Part shown: in pieces, positions 9,137 through 18,646 of the stretch | How the letters are laid out: each line of letters opens with the position of its first letter | Numbering within the stretch: the stretch's first letter is position 1 | Source: Burkholderiales bacterium | GTDB taxonomy: Bacteria; Pseudomonadota; Gammaproteobacteria; Burkholderiales; SG8-39 | DNA length: 64,000 bases | Assembly: GCA_035273665.1 (NCBI GenBank) | Contig: DATEOW010000038.1 | Coordinates: 324-64,323, forward strand | Reading direction: 5' to 3' | Made by a program: the position numbers and the translations under genes | The notes under the pieces: generated by a model | The model's database searches: none | Seen by the model: the letters and a program-made list of their open reading frames with translations, nothing else | Told to the model about the DNA's origin: nothing

Positions 9137-10240
9137 ATGCGTGCCGGTCTTCGCATCGGTCTGGTCGGGCCTTTACCGCCGCCCGCGGGTGGAATGGCCA
9201 ATCAGACACAACAGCTCGCAGCTTTGCTAAGCGCTGAGGGCTGCAAGGTCGAACTGATCCGTACCAACGCCGACTATCGTCCGACTTGGATAGGCCGAAT
9301 TCCGATTCTCCGAGCCCTCTCGCGTCTTGCTCCCTATAAGTTTTCGCTTTGGCGCACGGCGGGCCGTGTCGATCTGTTTCACGTTATGGCGAACTCCGGT
9401 TGGTCCTGGCATCTGTTCGCAGTCCCGGCAATTCTGATTGCCCGATTCCGTGGCGTGCCGGTTGTCGTCAACTATCGCGGTGGCGAAGCGGAAGTTTTTT
9501 TGCGGCGCGAATCGAAATGGGTGCTACCCATCCTCCGGCGCGCAGATGCGCTTGCGGTTCCCTCTGGATTTTTGCGAGACGTATTCGGTCGATTCGGTGT
9601 TCAAGCGCGCATCGTTCCGAACATCGTCGACCTTTCTCGTTTTGGCGCAAAGGGCACATATACAGGGAATGGAGCGCCGCATCTCGTGGTGACGCGAAAC
9701 CTCGAGGCACTCTACGATTGCGCGACAGCCTTGCGGGCATTCGCCATTGTTCGCCGCCGTTTCCCGCGCGCGCGCTTGACGATCGCCGGCAGAGGTCCCG
9801 AACGAGAGATGCTTCTCGGTTTAGCTGGGCAACTGGGCGTTGGAGAAGCGACGAGCTTTCCCGGCTCGCTCGATCGCGATGCGATGGCTTCCCTCTACGC
9901 GTCCGCCGATCTCATGCTCAATCCGAGCCGGGTGGACAATATGCCCAATTCAGTACTGGAAGCGCTCGCGAGTGGTGTAGCCGTGGTGAGCACGAACGTC
10001 GGCGGTGTGCCTTATATGGTCGATGACGGAAAGACCGCCTTGCTTGTGCCGCCAGGCGATCCACAAGCCATGGCCGATGCAGCCTTGCGCATCTTGAGCG
10101 AACCTTCGCTGGCCTCGGCACTGGTCGCGGCAGGGCGAGAAATGGCGCAACGCTACACTTGGCCGGAAGTGCGAACGCAACTCGCCGCCCTATATGAAGA
10201 AGTGCTTAGGGTTTCGGCCGCGACGCGGAGCCCCGTATGA
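9137..10240 (+). CDS. Glycosyltransferase family 4
   Basis: ATG immediately follows the previous stop. NMPNSVLEALASGVAVVSTNVGGVPYMV is a GT-B/GT4 signature. Confidence 0.85.
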   Translation: MRAGLRIGLVGPLPPPAGGMANQTQQLAALLSAEGCKVELIRTNADYRPTWIGRIPILRALSRLAPYKFSLWRTAGRVDLFHVMANSGWSWHLFAVPAILIARFRGVPVVVNYRGGEAEVFLRRESKWVLPILRRADALAVPSGFLRDVFGRFGVQARIVPNIVDLSRFGAKGTYTGNGAPHLVVTRNLEALYDCATALRAFAIVRRRFPRARLTIAGRGPEREMLLGLAGQLGVGEATSFPGSLDRDAMASLYASADLMLNPSRVDNMPNSVLEALASGVAVVSTNVGGVPYMVDDGKTALLVPPGDPQAMADAALRILSEPSLASALVAAGREMAQRYTWPEVRTQLAALYEEVLRVSAATRSPV

Positions 10241-11631
10241 GCATGGCCGGCGACATCTATACGAGGCTTATCGCGGGGGCAGTATTTCCGCTTCATGAAC
10301 GTTTGAAGAAACACACGACAGTCGCTGCGCGGCGCGAACTCGAGCGCAGTCAGTGGTTGAGCGCATCGGATTTGAAGGGTCTGCAACTCCGGCGTCTGCA
10401 AGCGCTTCTTCGTAGCGCGCAAGCGCATGTTCCCTATTATCGAGAGCAGTGGCGAAAGCTCGGGTTCGACGCCTCCAAACTTCAGTCGCTTGAGGATCTC
10501 AGACAACTGCCTTTTCTTGGAAAAGCAGAGATCCGGGCCAACGTCGAAGCTTTGAAATCGGAAAGAGCCAAAGGACTGGCTCGCTTTAACACTGGAGGAT
10601 CGAGCGGCGAACCGTTGATCTTTTACATCGGGCGAGAACGGGTTAGTCATGATGTGGCGGCGAAGTGGCGTGCGACAAGATGGTGGAACGTGGACATCGG
10701 CGATCCGGAAATCGTGGTCTGGGGATCTCCTATCGAGTTAGGCGCTCAAGACAGTGTTCGCATGCTGCGCGATCGCTTATTGCGGACGGAGTTATTGCCC
10801 GCATTCGAAATGTCCGAGGCGAAGCTGGATGAATTCGTCCAGCGCATTCGTGACCGACGGCCGCGCATGCTTTTTGGTTATCCCTCTTCTTTGTCGCTGA
10901 TTGCCCGTCATGCGCAGACACGCGGGCAGCGGATGGACGATCTCGGGCTGCGTGTCGCCTTCGTCACTTCCGAGCGTTTGTACGAAGATCAGCGCAACAC
11001 TATCGAAACCGTTTTCGCTTGCCCTGTGGCAAACGGATATGGCGGCCGTGATGCGGGATTCATCGCGCATCAATGCCCTCAAGGCGGAATGCACATCACT
11101 GCCGAGGATATCGTCGTCGAAATCGTCGATCAGCAGGGTGCGCCTCTGCCTGCTGGCGAGGCGGGAGAAATCGTTGTCACACATCTTGCCACTCAAGAGT
11201 TTCCTTTTATTCGATACCGCACTGGCGATATTGCGTCGCTCGATACAAATAATTGCGCTTGCGGCCGTGGATTGCCGGTACTGAAGGAAATTCAAGGGCG
11301 CAGCACCGACTTCGTCGTTGCCGCCGATGGCACGGTGATGCACGGATTGGCGTTGATCTATGTTTTAAGGGGTTTACCCGGGCTCGAAAGTTTCAAAATA
11401 GTCCAGGAAAGCTTGGAGCTCGTTCGCGTGCAAATTGTGCGCGGTGCGCAGTTCGGTCCGGATTCGCTCGCCGCGATCGAGCAAGGATTCAAAGCTCGGC
11501 TAGGCGCGGGGGTACAGGTGCTGATCGAAAGTGTCGATGCGATATCGGCCGAGCGATCCGGCAAGTTTAGGTACGTCTCCAGTAAAGTGCCCCTGCCTGC
11601 AACAATGGCCGCGGCCGACAATGCAGTGTAG
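10237..11631 (+). CDS. Phenylacetate-CoA ligase / CapK / F390-synthetase family adenylate-forming enzyme
   Basis: ATGA overlap with the upstream gene. Adenylation motifs FNTGGSSGEPLIFY, YRTGDIASL and a C-terminal SGKFRYV lysine motif. Confidence 0.8.
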   Translation: MSMAGDIYTRLIAGAVFPLHERLKKHTTVAARRELERSQWLSASDLKGLQLRRLQALLRSAQAHVPYYREQWRKLGFDASKLQSLEDLRQLPFLGKAEIRANVEALKSERAKGLARFNTGGSSGEPLIFYIGRERVSHDVAAKWRATRWWNVDIGDPEIVVWGSPIELGAQDSVRMLRDRLLRTELLPAFEMSEAKLDEFVQRIRDRRPRMLFGYPSSLSLIARHAQTRGQRMDDLGLRVAFVTSERLYEDQRNTIETVFACPVANGYGGRDAGFIAHQCPQGGMHITAEDIVVEIVDQQGAPLPAGEAGEIVVTHLATQEFPFIRYRTGDIASLDTNNCACGRGLPVLKEIQGRSTDFVVAADGTVMHGLALIYVLRGLPGLESFKIVQESLELVRVQIVRGAQFGPDSLAAIEQGFKARLGAGVQVLIESVDAISAERSGKFRYVSSKVPLPATMAAADNAV

Positions 11632-11643
11632 GCGAGGAACAAA

Positions 11644-12579
11644 ATGAAAGTATCAGTCATCATGCCCTGCTATAACGGGGGGACCTTCCTGGAATCGGCG
11701 GTCCGCTCGGCGCTCGCTCAAGAGAATTGCGAGTGGGAGGTTGAAGTGATGGTGATCAACGACCATAGCGACGATGCGTACACCCTGGAGCTGATGGATC
11801 AACTCGCGAAACTTCCTGGTGTGCGGGTGGTTTCGAATACAGGAAATCGGGGCATCGCTGCGGGTCGTAATTTTGGTATGGCTGCATCGGATGCCGATTG
11901 GTTCGCATTTTTGGACGGCGACGATTTATGGTTGCCGCATTCGATGCAAGCGCGGATCGAAGCCTGGAAGCTTTTTCCGCAAGCGGAAATTCTCTCGGGC
12001 GATCATGCAATCTTCAATGGCGAGATTCCGCAAGAACCGGAGCCCTTCGTGGCTGCACGATTGAATCGCTACGCCAATGTGGCGTCTGCTTTCAAAAGCG
12101 GCCGACCGATCGGCTTGTCAAAACCGGTAGATCTTTTTGTCGGCGCGATACCCATGTGGGTCGGAACCGTCATCATCAAGCGAAGCGTTTTTGAGAAAGT
12201 GGGCGTTTTCGACGAGCAATTGCGCCGCGCTCAAGATGTGAACATGTGGCTGCGCGCATCGCGCGTCGCGGATGTAGCGTTCACGCCGCGCATCGTCGCC
12301 CTCTATCGCCAGCATGCCGGCGCCATTACTGCCGAAGAAGGGCCGCCTGGGAAAGGGAGTGCGCTGTCTTATCAGAAGTTGCACGATATGCCGGAGTTTG
12401 CGGCGCATCGGAAAGCGCTTCGACGCGTTATCGGGTACTCGCACAACCGCGATGCAGTTTATTACCGGCGGCGCGGTCGTTATGCAGAGGCGGTCAAAGC
12501 CTCTTTGCGCGGCCTTCGTGCGGATTTACGCAATCCTCTTATTTGGAAAAACCTTGCCGCATCAGTTGTGCGCCGTTGA
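11644..12579 (+). CDS. Glycosyltransferase family 2
   Basis: VSVIMPCYNGGTFLESAVRSAL and FAFLDGDDLW (DXD). Confidence 0.85.
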   Translation: MKVSVIMPCYNGGTFLESAVRSALAQENCEWEVEVMVINDHSDDAYTLELMDQLAKLPGVRVVSNTGNRGIAAGRNFGMAASDADWFAFLDGDDLWLPHSMQARIEAWKLFPQAEILSGDHAIFNGEIPQEPEPFVAARLNRYANVASAFKSGRPIGLSKPVDLFVGAIPMWVGTVIIKRSVFEKVGVFDEQLRRAQDVNMWLRASRVADVAFTPRIVALYRQHAGAITAEEGPPGKGSALSYQKLHDMPEFAAHRKALRRVIGYSHNRDAVYYRRRGRYAEAVKASLRGLRADLRNPLIWKNLAASVVRR

Positions 12580-12635
12580 ATGAAATCACCATCGCAAACC
12601 GCTCGCTGGGCTCGTTATGACTGCGACATAGTCCG

Positions 12636-14084
12636 ATGAGTCCCGTTCGCCGAACCTTGGCACTCTCCTTCGCGGAGAACTATACGGTCATGTTCATCAG
12701 TTTCGCCGGCTCCTTAGTGCTGGCGCGGATATTGACGCCGACGGATATCGGCGTTTTCTCGGTGGGCGCAGTGTTGGTGGGGCTTGCACACATCATGCGA
12801 GATTTCGGCGTCGGCCAATACATCATTCAGGAGAAGGAGCTTACCGAAGATCGCATCCGTGCCGCGATGACCGTCACGCTCGTGCTTGGTTGGAGCATGG
12901 CGGCGCTATTGGCGGTTTTGAGTGTTCCCGCCGCAATTTTTTATGCAGAACCCGGTGTGCGCAATGTCATGCTCGTTCTGGCCGCGAATTTTATGTTAAT
13001 TCCCTTCGGCACAGTCGCGATGGCCTATATGCGTCGCGAGATGAAATTCGGTGCGCTGTATTGGGTTCGCTCTCTGGGCTCGCTTGCACATACCGCGACG
13101 GCCATTGGCCTCGCCTTTATGGGGCTAGGCTATATGTCTCTCGCGTGGTCCTCAATGGTGGGAATCGCAATGACGGTGCTATTGACGGGCTTGTTGCGTC
13201 CGGCGGTCCTGCCTTGGCTACCCGGTCGACGGGAACTACCTCGCGTGCTCCGCTTCGGTTCGTTTTTGAGCGGTGCCAGTATTGTGAATGAGATGGGCCG
13301 CGGTGCGCCCGATCTCATTATCGGCAAGCTCCAATCCATGGAAGCCGTCGGTTTTTTTGGACGCGCCAACGGCATGGTCGATCTTTTCAATCGGCTCATC
13401 GGTACCGCGATATCTACGGTGGCTACCCCGTACTTCGCCGCCCAGAATCGGGCCGGAGAGGACCTGGCGCCGATCTACTTGCGCATCGTTCATCTCGTGA
13501 GCGGCATCTCGTGGACCTTCTTCGCTTTTGTCGGGATCATGGCTTACCCCTTGATCAACCTGCTCTTCGGTTCCCAATGGAACGAATCGGTGCCCGTCGC
13601 ACGCATCCTGTGCTTCTGGGCTGCGCTGGCCAGCACCTTCCGCTTTTCCGGCCAACTCTTCATTGCGCTCGGGGAAGTCAAGATTTATGCGCAGCTGCAG
13701 TTTCTAACCCAATTGTTGCGTGTGGCCTTCATTCTTGCGAGCGCGCCTTTCGGGCTGGAAGCGGTCGCCGCCTCGATCGTCATTTCCTCATGCCTTGGTT
13801 CAATCCTCACCATGCGGCGCCTTCGCTCGTTGGCGGGCATTCGCGCCCTGGATATCTTTAAGAAACTCTTACCCAGCGGCGCGGTTGCCTTATCGAGTTC
13901 CCTCGGGCCGATCACGACGGTCGCCATTTTTGGTTTGGAGTCGGAACGAATTTGGCTAGTGTTGGCCCTGGCCGGCGCTGGGGCAGCGCTGGGTTGGCTT
14001 ACTTCCATTTATGTCCTGAAGCACGGGATCAGCGGCGAAGTAGACTTACTGCTGGCTCGCGTTCGCGGCGCATTGAAAAAATGA
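12636..14084 (+). CDS. Wzx-like oligosaccharide flippase (polysaccharide biosynthesis protein, MOP superfamily)
   Basis: 482 aa and strongly hydrophobic throughout, with about 12-14 predicted TM segments. Sits inside the GT cluster. Confidence 0.8.
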   Translation: MSPVRRTLALSFAENYTVMFISFAGSLVLARILTPTDIGVFSVGAVLVGLAHIMRDFGVGQYIIQEKELTEDRIRAAMTVTLVLGWSMAALLAVLSVPAAIFYAEPGVRNVMLVLAANFMLIPFGTVAMAYMRREMKFGALYWVRSLGSLAHTATAIGLAFMGLGYMSLAWSSMVGIAMTVLLTGLLRPAVLPWLPGRRELPRVLRFGSFLSGASIVNEMGRGAPDLIIGKLQSMEAVGFFGRANGMVDLFNRLIGTAISTVATPYFAAQNRAGEDLAPIYLRIVHLVSGISWTFFAFVGIMAYPLINLLFGSQWNESVPVARILCFWAALASTFRFSGQLFIALGEVKIYAQLQFLTQLLRVAFILASAPFGLEAVAASIVISSCLGSILTMRRLRSLAGIRALDIFKKLLPSGAVALSSSLGPITTVAIFGLESERIWLVLALAGAGAALGWLTSIYVLKHGISGEVDLLLARVRGALKK

Positions 14085-15586
14085 CGGCAATATCGATTCA
14101 CGAGACCAGGGTGTTGGGGCAAGGCGCGACGGCGAAAGGCCGGTATTTGCGTGTCTCATTGCGCAATGGACAAGCGCAGATCGAAGGCAGAACGAGTTGC
14201 ACCCTGGGAATTGCAAATGGAATTCATGCGCGGTGGCATTGGGACGGGGAAAAACTCGAAATCAGCAATTGCACGATGGGCTTTCAGCCGCTGTTTTGGA
14301 AGAGCGATGCGGAATCGATCTGCGTTTCGGAACATCTTCCCGATTTGGTCGAGGCGAACGAGACCCTAGATGAAACGGCACTGGCAGTATTTCTGCGCTT
14401 AGGCTTTTTCCTCGGTGACGACACTGCTTTCGTTCAAATACGTCAACTGCCGCCGAATTCAAAACTCAGTTGGCGGCCCGCGCGCGGTGCCGATTTGAAT
14501 CGCGGAGAGCGGCCCAGTGCACCGGCTCATGCGATCGAGCGCGATCGGGCGATTAGAATTTATGGCGAGCTTTTTCACCGCGCCGTAGAGAAAACGCTGC
14601 CGGCGCCGGAGAAAGGCTTGTTTCTGCCCCTCACAGGGGGCCGTGATAGTCGACATATCGCTTATGCGTTGAAGCGCTTGAACGTCGCACCGGAAGCCTA
14701 CGTGACGCAACGACACCTCCCGACACGCGTTGATAACGATGCGCGCATTGCGGCAGTACTTGCTCGAGAGCTCGGTAGTCCTCTGCGCGTGTTCGGACAA
14801 CCGGGGTTCTACGTCCAGAATCTCCTGAACAATCTAAGCGAGACCGGTTACTGCGCAGATGAGCACGGGCAACTCGAACCGCTGCGCCAGTGGCTCAAGG
14901 AAGTTGGTGCCCGGCGTGTGTACGACGGCATCGGCGGCGACGTGATGTCGCAAAGCAGCTATCAGAACGAGCAGTTGAATGATCGTTATCGGGCAGGAGA
15001 GCTCCACTTCGTTGCCGACGCACTATTGGAACGTTGGCGAGGATCGACCGGCGGTTGGGCCGCGCTGCTGCATGACGATATGCGGCAGGCATTCTCGATG
15101 GAAAAAGCGCGTCAGCGCCTGCGCGACGAGTTAGCCATGCACGCCTCGCATCATGACCCGCTGCGCGCCTTCTATTTTTGGAATCGCACACGTCGCGAAA
15201 TCGCATTGTGCTTCCCTCCGCGCGAGGGACTAGACGTGTGTATGCCCTATCTCGAAGAAGATATCTGGCATTTTCTGGAAGGTCTTCCATCGGACTTACG
15301 ATGCGATCGTCGATTGCACACCGACACTATTTTGCACACCTACCCCGAATGGGCGCATATCCCGTTCGAAGACAAGAGCGACAGGCGCGTGCCTTCGCGC
15401 AGGGAAAGCCTGCGCTTCGCTATCGACTTTCTCCTACGAGCGATGCCCTTGGATTCGCCGGCCATCGATTCTTCAGCGCTAATGACGCGCTGTATGGGCC
15501 TATTTTTCCGGCGCGCCTGGTGGAGCCCGGAAATGGCCTTGTACTTACTCAGCCTACTGAAGAAACGGCAAAATGGCGACCTTTAA
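14081..15586 (+). CDS. Asparagine-synthase-fold protein lacking the N-terminal Cys nucleophile (ATP-pyrophosphatase domain only)
   Basis: ATG 14081 overlaps the flippase stop (ATGA), so the extension from 13952 is rejected. Starts MTAISIHE with no Cys2. PP-loop-like LPLTGGRDSRHIAYAL. Confidence 0.7.
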   Translation: MTAISIHETRVLGQGATAKGRYLRVSLRNGQAQIEGRTSCTLGIANGIHARWHWDGEKLEISNCTMGFQPLFWKSDAESICVSEHLPDLVEANETLDETALAVFLRLGFFLGDDTAFVQIRQLPPNSKLSWRPARGADLNRGERPSAPAHAIERDRAIRIYGELFHRAVEKTLPAPEKGLFLPLTGGRDSRHIAYALKRLNVAPEAYVTQRHLPTRVDNDARIAAVLARELGSPLRVFGQPGFYVQNLLNNLSETGYCADEHGQLEPLRQWLKEVGARRVYDGIGGDVMSQSSYQNEQLNDRYRAGELHFVADALLERWRGSTGGWAALLHDDMRQAFSMEKARQRLRDELAMHASHHDPLRAFYFWNRTRREIALCFPPREGLDVCMPYLEEDIWHFLEGLPSDLRCDRRLHTDTILHTYPEWAHIPFEDKSDRRVPSRRESLRFAIDFLLRAMPLDSPAIDSSALMTRCMGLFFRRAWWSPEMALYLLSLLKKRQNGDL

Positions 15587-15613
15587 GCTCCAGCGACAGG
15601 GCCATGGATTCGA

Positions 15614-16582
15614 ATGAGTACGCAATCGCGCGCTGAATACATCAATGTTCTAATCCCCGCTTATAACGCGGCGTCCTTCATTGGCGAGGCGCTGGAGAGT
15701 ATTGCGGCCCAAACTCGCTTGCCCGACAACGTTATCGTCGTGGACGATGGTTCCAAAGACGGCACTGCGGACATCGTCGAGGCGTTCGCCCGTACAAGTC
15801 CCATGCCGCTCAAGCTCATACGTCAACCGAATAGCGGCGCCTCCAAAGCGAGAAACAACGGCATCAAAGAAATGCGTGAAGGATGGGTCGCTTTTCTGGA
15901 TGCGGACGATTTATGGTTGCCAAATAACCTTGCGGTCCTGGAAGAAACTGCACGCGCGGCGCCCAATGCGGTGGCCGCATTCGGTGACGGCGTCTATTTC
16001 TCGAAACATGGTCCCGACAGCGCGCCTTTCTCACGCGCAAAAGCCATTGCCGCCGGCGAGCCGCTGCCCGAGTCCGGCTTATTTTTGCTCGGCCAACGTC
16101 TCTTCACCGGCCTTTTGCCGGGTAGCTTCATCATTCCCTCGAGCTTCATGGTGCGTACAGCGGTGCTGCAAGCGGTCGGCGGCTTCAATACCGATATCCT
16201 CTATCACGCCGACCGTTTGCTGATGCTTCAGCTGTCCAAAGCGGGCGATTTCGTTTTCGTAGATCGGGTGCTATCTAGAAACCGCATCCATGAGAACAAC
16301 ATCACCCATCCCAAGAACACGGCTCGCAACGAATTGTCTTCGCTGAGCATTTTGAACAAGTTGAGCACACTCGTCCCGCTTACCGACCAAGAAGTGGCCA
16401 GCATCGAAGCGCAGAAACGGATCACCGTTCATCAGGGGTCGTACAGCGCATCCACTTCCGGCTTGAAAAGCTATCTCCGCTTTTTGCGCGAGGTAAAGAG
16501 CATCAACGGCCGTGTGGCAATCCCGCGTCTGAAAGACATCGCGCGCGCGGCACTACGCTCTTTTTCAAGTGCCGGGGCTTGA
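15614..16582 (+). CDS. Glycosyltransferase family 2
   Basis: INVLIPAYNAASFIGEALESI and VAFLDADDLW. Confidence 0.85.
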   Translation: MSTQSRAEYINVLIPAYNAASFIGEALESIAAQTRLPDNVIVVDDGSKDGTADIVEAFARTSPMPLKLIRQPNSGASKARNNGIKEMREGWVAFLDADDLWLPNNLAVLEETARAAPNAVAAFGDGVYFSKHGPDSAPFSRAKAIAAGEPLPESGLFLLGQRLFTGLLPGSFIIPSSFMVRTAVLQAVGGFNTDILYHADRLLMLQLSKAGDFVFVDRVLSRNRIHENNITHPKNTARNELSSLSILNKLSTLVPLTDQEVASIEAQKRITVHQGSYSASTSGLKSYLRFLREVKSINGRVAIPRLKDIARAALRSFSSAGA

Positions 16583-16583
16583 T

Positions 16584-17345
16584 ATGGCGCAAGCAAGTGC
16601 GTTCGACGTGGAGTTTGAGGCCGCATTTCCGGGCGTCACCCAGCGCGAAAAAGACCGTTTGGTTGCGACTTTGGACGCGATACCTTCCGACGCAAAACGT
16701 GCTTTGGAGGTTGGTTTTCTGGAACTGGGAATGACGCGACTCTTGGACCGGCGTCTCGATCTGGTGAGCATCGATCTACCGCTGAATAAATCACTCCCGA
16801 AGGAATTCAAGCTCGCGTACGCCAGTATCGAAGGTTTGCCTTTCGCCGATCGTCATTTCGATATCATCGTTTGCACGGAGGTGCTCGAGCATCTACCCGA
16901 ACAAACCTTCAGACGAGGGATCCGGGAGCTCGAAAGGGTCAGCGCCAGGTATCTGCTCGTTTCGGTGCCCTATCGGCAGCGGGTATGGAACGAATACTAC
17001 AAATGTTCACATTGTGGATACGTCGGCAATAGCATGAACCATTTACGCTACTTCGATGAGAAGAGCGTGGGTGCGATGTTCCCCGAGTTTTCGCTCACCG
17101 AGCAAAAATTAATCGGCGATATCGCGGGCTATGCGCCCGACTTTCTTTATCGTCTTGCGCGCAGCGTGGGGAATGTCTGGGCGACGCGCACTTGGAAATG
17201 CTCAAACTGCAAAAAGATGCCTGAAGAAATTCGCCCGAACCTATTCGGCGCCGCGTTGCGCCGTGTGATATGGCGTTTGGAAAAAGCGGCACCCAAGCGC
17301 AAGTGCTGGTCAATCTGTTTATTGGAAAGGCGTGTTGCAACGTGA
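16584..17345 (+). CDS. Class I SAM-dependent methyltransferase with inserted CxxC...CxxC zinc-ribbon-like element
   Basis: FDIIVCTEVLEHLPE (post-II motif) and two CxxC pairs (KCSHCGY, KCSNCKK). ATG 16584 lies 1 nt after the GT2 stop. GTG 16569 is an alternative start. Confidence 0.65.
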   Translation: MAQASAFDVEFEAAFPGVTQREKDRLVATLDAIPSDAKRALEVGFLELGMTRLLDRRLDLVSIDLPLNKSLPKEFKLAYASIEGLPFADRHFDIIVCTEVLEHLPEQTFRRGIRELERVSARYLLVSVPYRQRVWNEYYKCSHCGYVGNSMNHLRYFDEKSVGAMFPEFSLTEQKLIGDIAGYAPDFLYRLARSVGNVWATRTWKCSNCKKMPEEIRPNLFGAALRRVIWRLEKAAPKRKCWSICLLERRVAT

Positions 17346-18646
17346 GAGATATCGTCGTCACGCTGATTATCGTGGGGGCTTTGCCCTACATCATCCGTGC
17401 GCCCTGGTTCGGCATTATCGGCTGGAACTGGGTCGGCATCATGAATCCTCACCGTCTTGGGTGGGGTTTCGCCGGCAGTTTGCCTTTCGCCCAGGTGATC
17501 GGCATTTGCACCTTGGTCGGCTTGATTTTTTCGAAGGAGAAAAAAAGTTTCCCGATCAATCGGGTGACCGTGACGCTCATCATTTTTATTCTTTGGATGT
17601 GCTTCACCACGCTCACCGCCTTGAACGGGCCCGATGCGGTCGACGGCATGGTCAAGATGCTGAAGATTCAGATCGTCATCTTGTTGGGTTTCATGCTGAT
17701 GCAAAGCCGCGAGCGGATCCACTGGCTCACCTGGACTTTGGTCGTGTCCGTCGGTTTTTACGGCGTAAAGGGAGGCATTTTCACGCTCATCGGCGGTGGT
17801 TCGAACATGGTGCTCGGGCCGCCAGGCACTTTCATATCGGGCAACACCGAAATCGGCCTGGCGCTACTCATGATGATGCCGCTGATGCGCTATCTCCAGC
17901 TCAATACAAAAAAGAAGTTGGTACGTTGGGGACTTGGCATCGCGATGCTGTTGACCGGGATTGCCGTGCTCGGAACGCATTCGCGCGGCGCCCTCCTCGG
18001 CGCTGGTGTGATGATCGCCGCTTTCTGGTGGAAGAGCCGCAGCAAGTTGCTGATCACAGGTGTGATGATTCTCGCTGTACCCGCCTTTTTGGCATTCATG
18101 CCGCATGAGTGGTGGGCGAAGATGGACACCATTCAAAATTATGAGCAGGATGCTTCGGCGATGGGCCGAATCAATGCATGGCACTTCGCGGTCAACGTGG
18201 CGACGGACAGGCCGTTTGGCGGCGGATTCGATGCTTTTACGCCGCGATGGTTTGAACGCTATGCACCGGTGCCCGACGATTTTCACGATGCGCACAGCAT
18301 TTATTTCGAGATTTTGGGCGAGCACGGTTTTGTCGGTCTTGCGCTATTCCTAATACTGATGTGGCTTACTTGGCGCACGGGATCGCGCATCGTTCGCCTG
18401 ACAAAAGGGAAACCGCAATTCACTTGGGCGCGAGATCTGGCATTGATGTCTCAAGTCAGTTTGTTGGCTTATTGGGTTGCCGGCGCCTTTTTGGGACTCG
18501 CGTATTTCGATGGTTATTATTTGATCATTTCGCTGTTGGTGTTGACTCGGATTGTCGTCGAACGCGAACTGGCCGCTGTGCCTGAGGCAGTCGACCAATC
18601 GCAGCTGCGACCGGCGACGTACCCGGCGACTGGGCATGTCTCGTGA
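17342..18646 (+). CDS. O-antigen ligase/polymerase-like membrane protein (putative O-glycosylation ligase, exosortase A-associated type)
   Basis: GTG 17342 overlaps the upstream stop (GTGA). N-terminus RDIVVTLIIVGALPYIIRAPWFGIIGWNWVGIMNPHRLGWG, plus GTHSRGALLG and AHSIYFEILGEHGFVG (Wzy_C-like). Multi-pass membrane protein. Confidence 0.8.
   Translation: MRDIVVTLIIVGALPYIIRAPWFGIIGWNWVGIMNPHRLGWGFAGSLPFAQVIGICTLVGLIFSKEKKSFPINRVTVTLIIFILWMCFTTLTALNGPDAVDGMVKMLKIQIVILLGFMLMQSRERIHWLTWTLVVSVGFYGVKGGIFTLIGGGSNMVLGPPGTFISGNTEIGLALLMMMPLMRYLQLNTKKKLVRWGLGIAMLLTGIAVLGTHSRGALLGAGVMIAAFWWKSRSKLLITGVMILAVPAFLAFMPHEWWAKMDTIQNYEQDASAMGRINAWHFAVNVATDRPFGGGFDAFTPRWFERYAPVPDDFHDAHSIYFEILGEHGFVGLALFLILMWLTWRTGSRIVRLTKGKPQFTWARDLALMSQVSLLAYWVAGAFLGLAYFDGYYLIISLLVLTRIVVERELAAVPEAVDQSQLRPATYPATGHVS

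Noticed and set aside
10153-11343. ORFs of 165 aa and 183 aa on the - strand (10153-10650 and 10792-11343)
   Set aside because: Both are antisense to the PaaK/CapK-like ligase gene, which carries clear adenylation motifs.
13952-14080. N-terminal ORF-track extensions here and at 1098-1178, 1865-2023, 3019-3096, 17270-17341, 33101-33154, 51231-51371 and 54988-55191
   Set aside because: Each extension overlaps the preceding gene in another frame. In each case an internal start is ATGA/GTGA-coupled or has a ribosome-binding site, and it yields the expected family N-terminus.
17147-18108. 191-aa ORF on the - strand and 258-aa alternative-frame ORF on the + strand
   Set aside because: They overlap the O-antigen-ligase-like gene. 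Their composition is Arg/His/Asp-rich and non-membrane, unlike the real frame.
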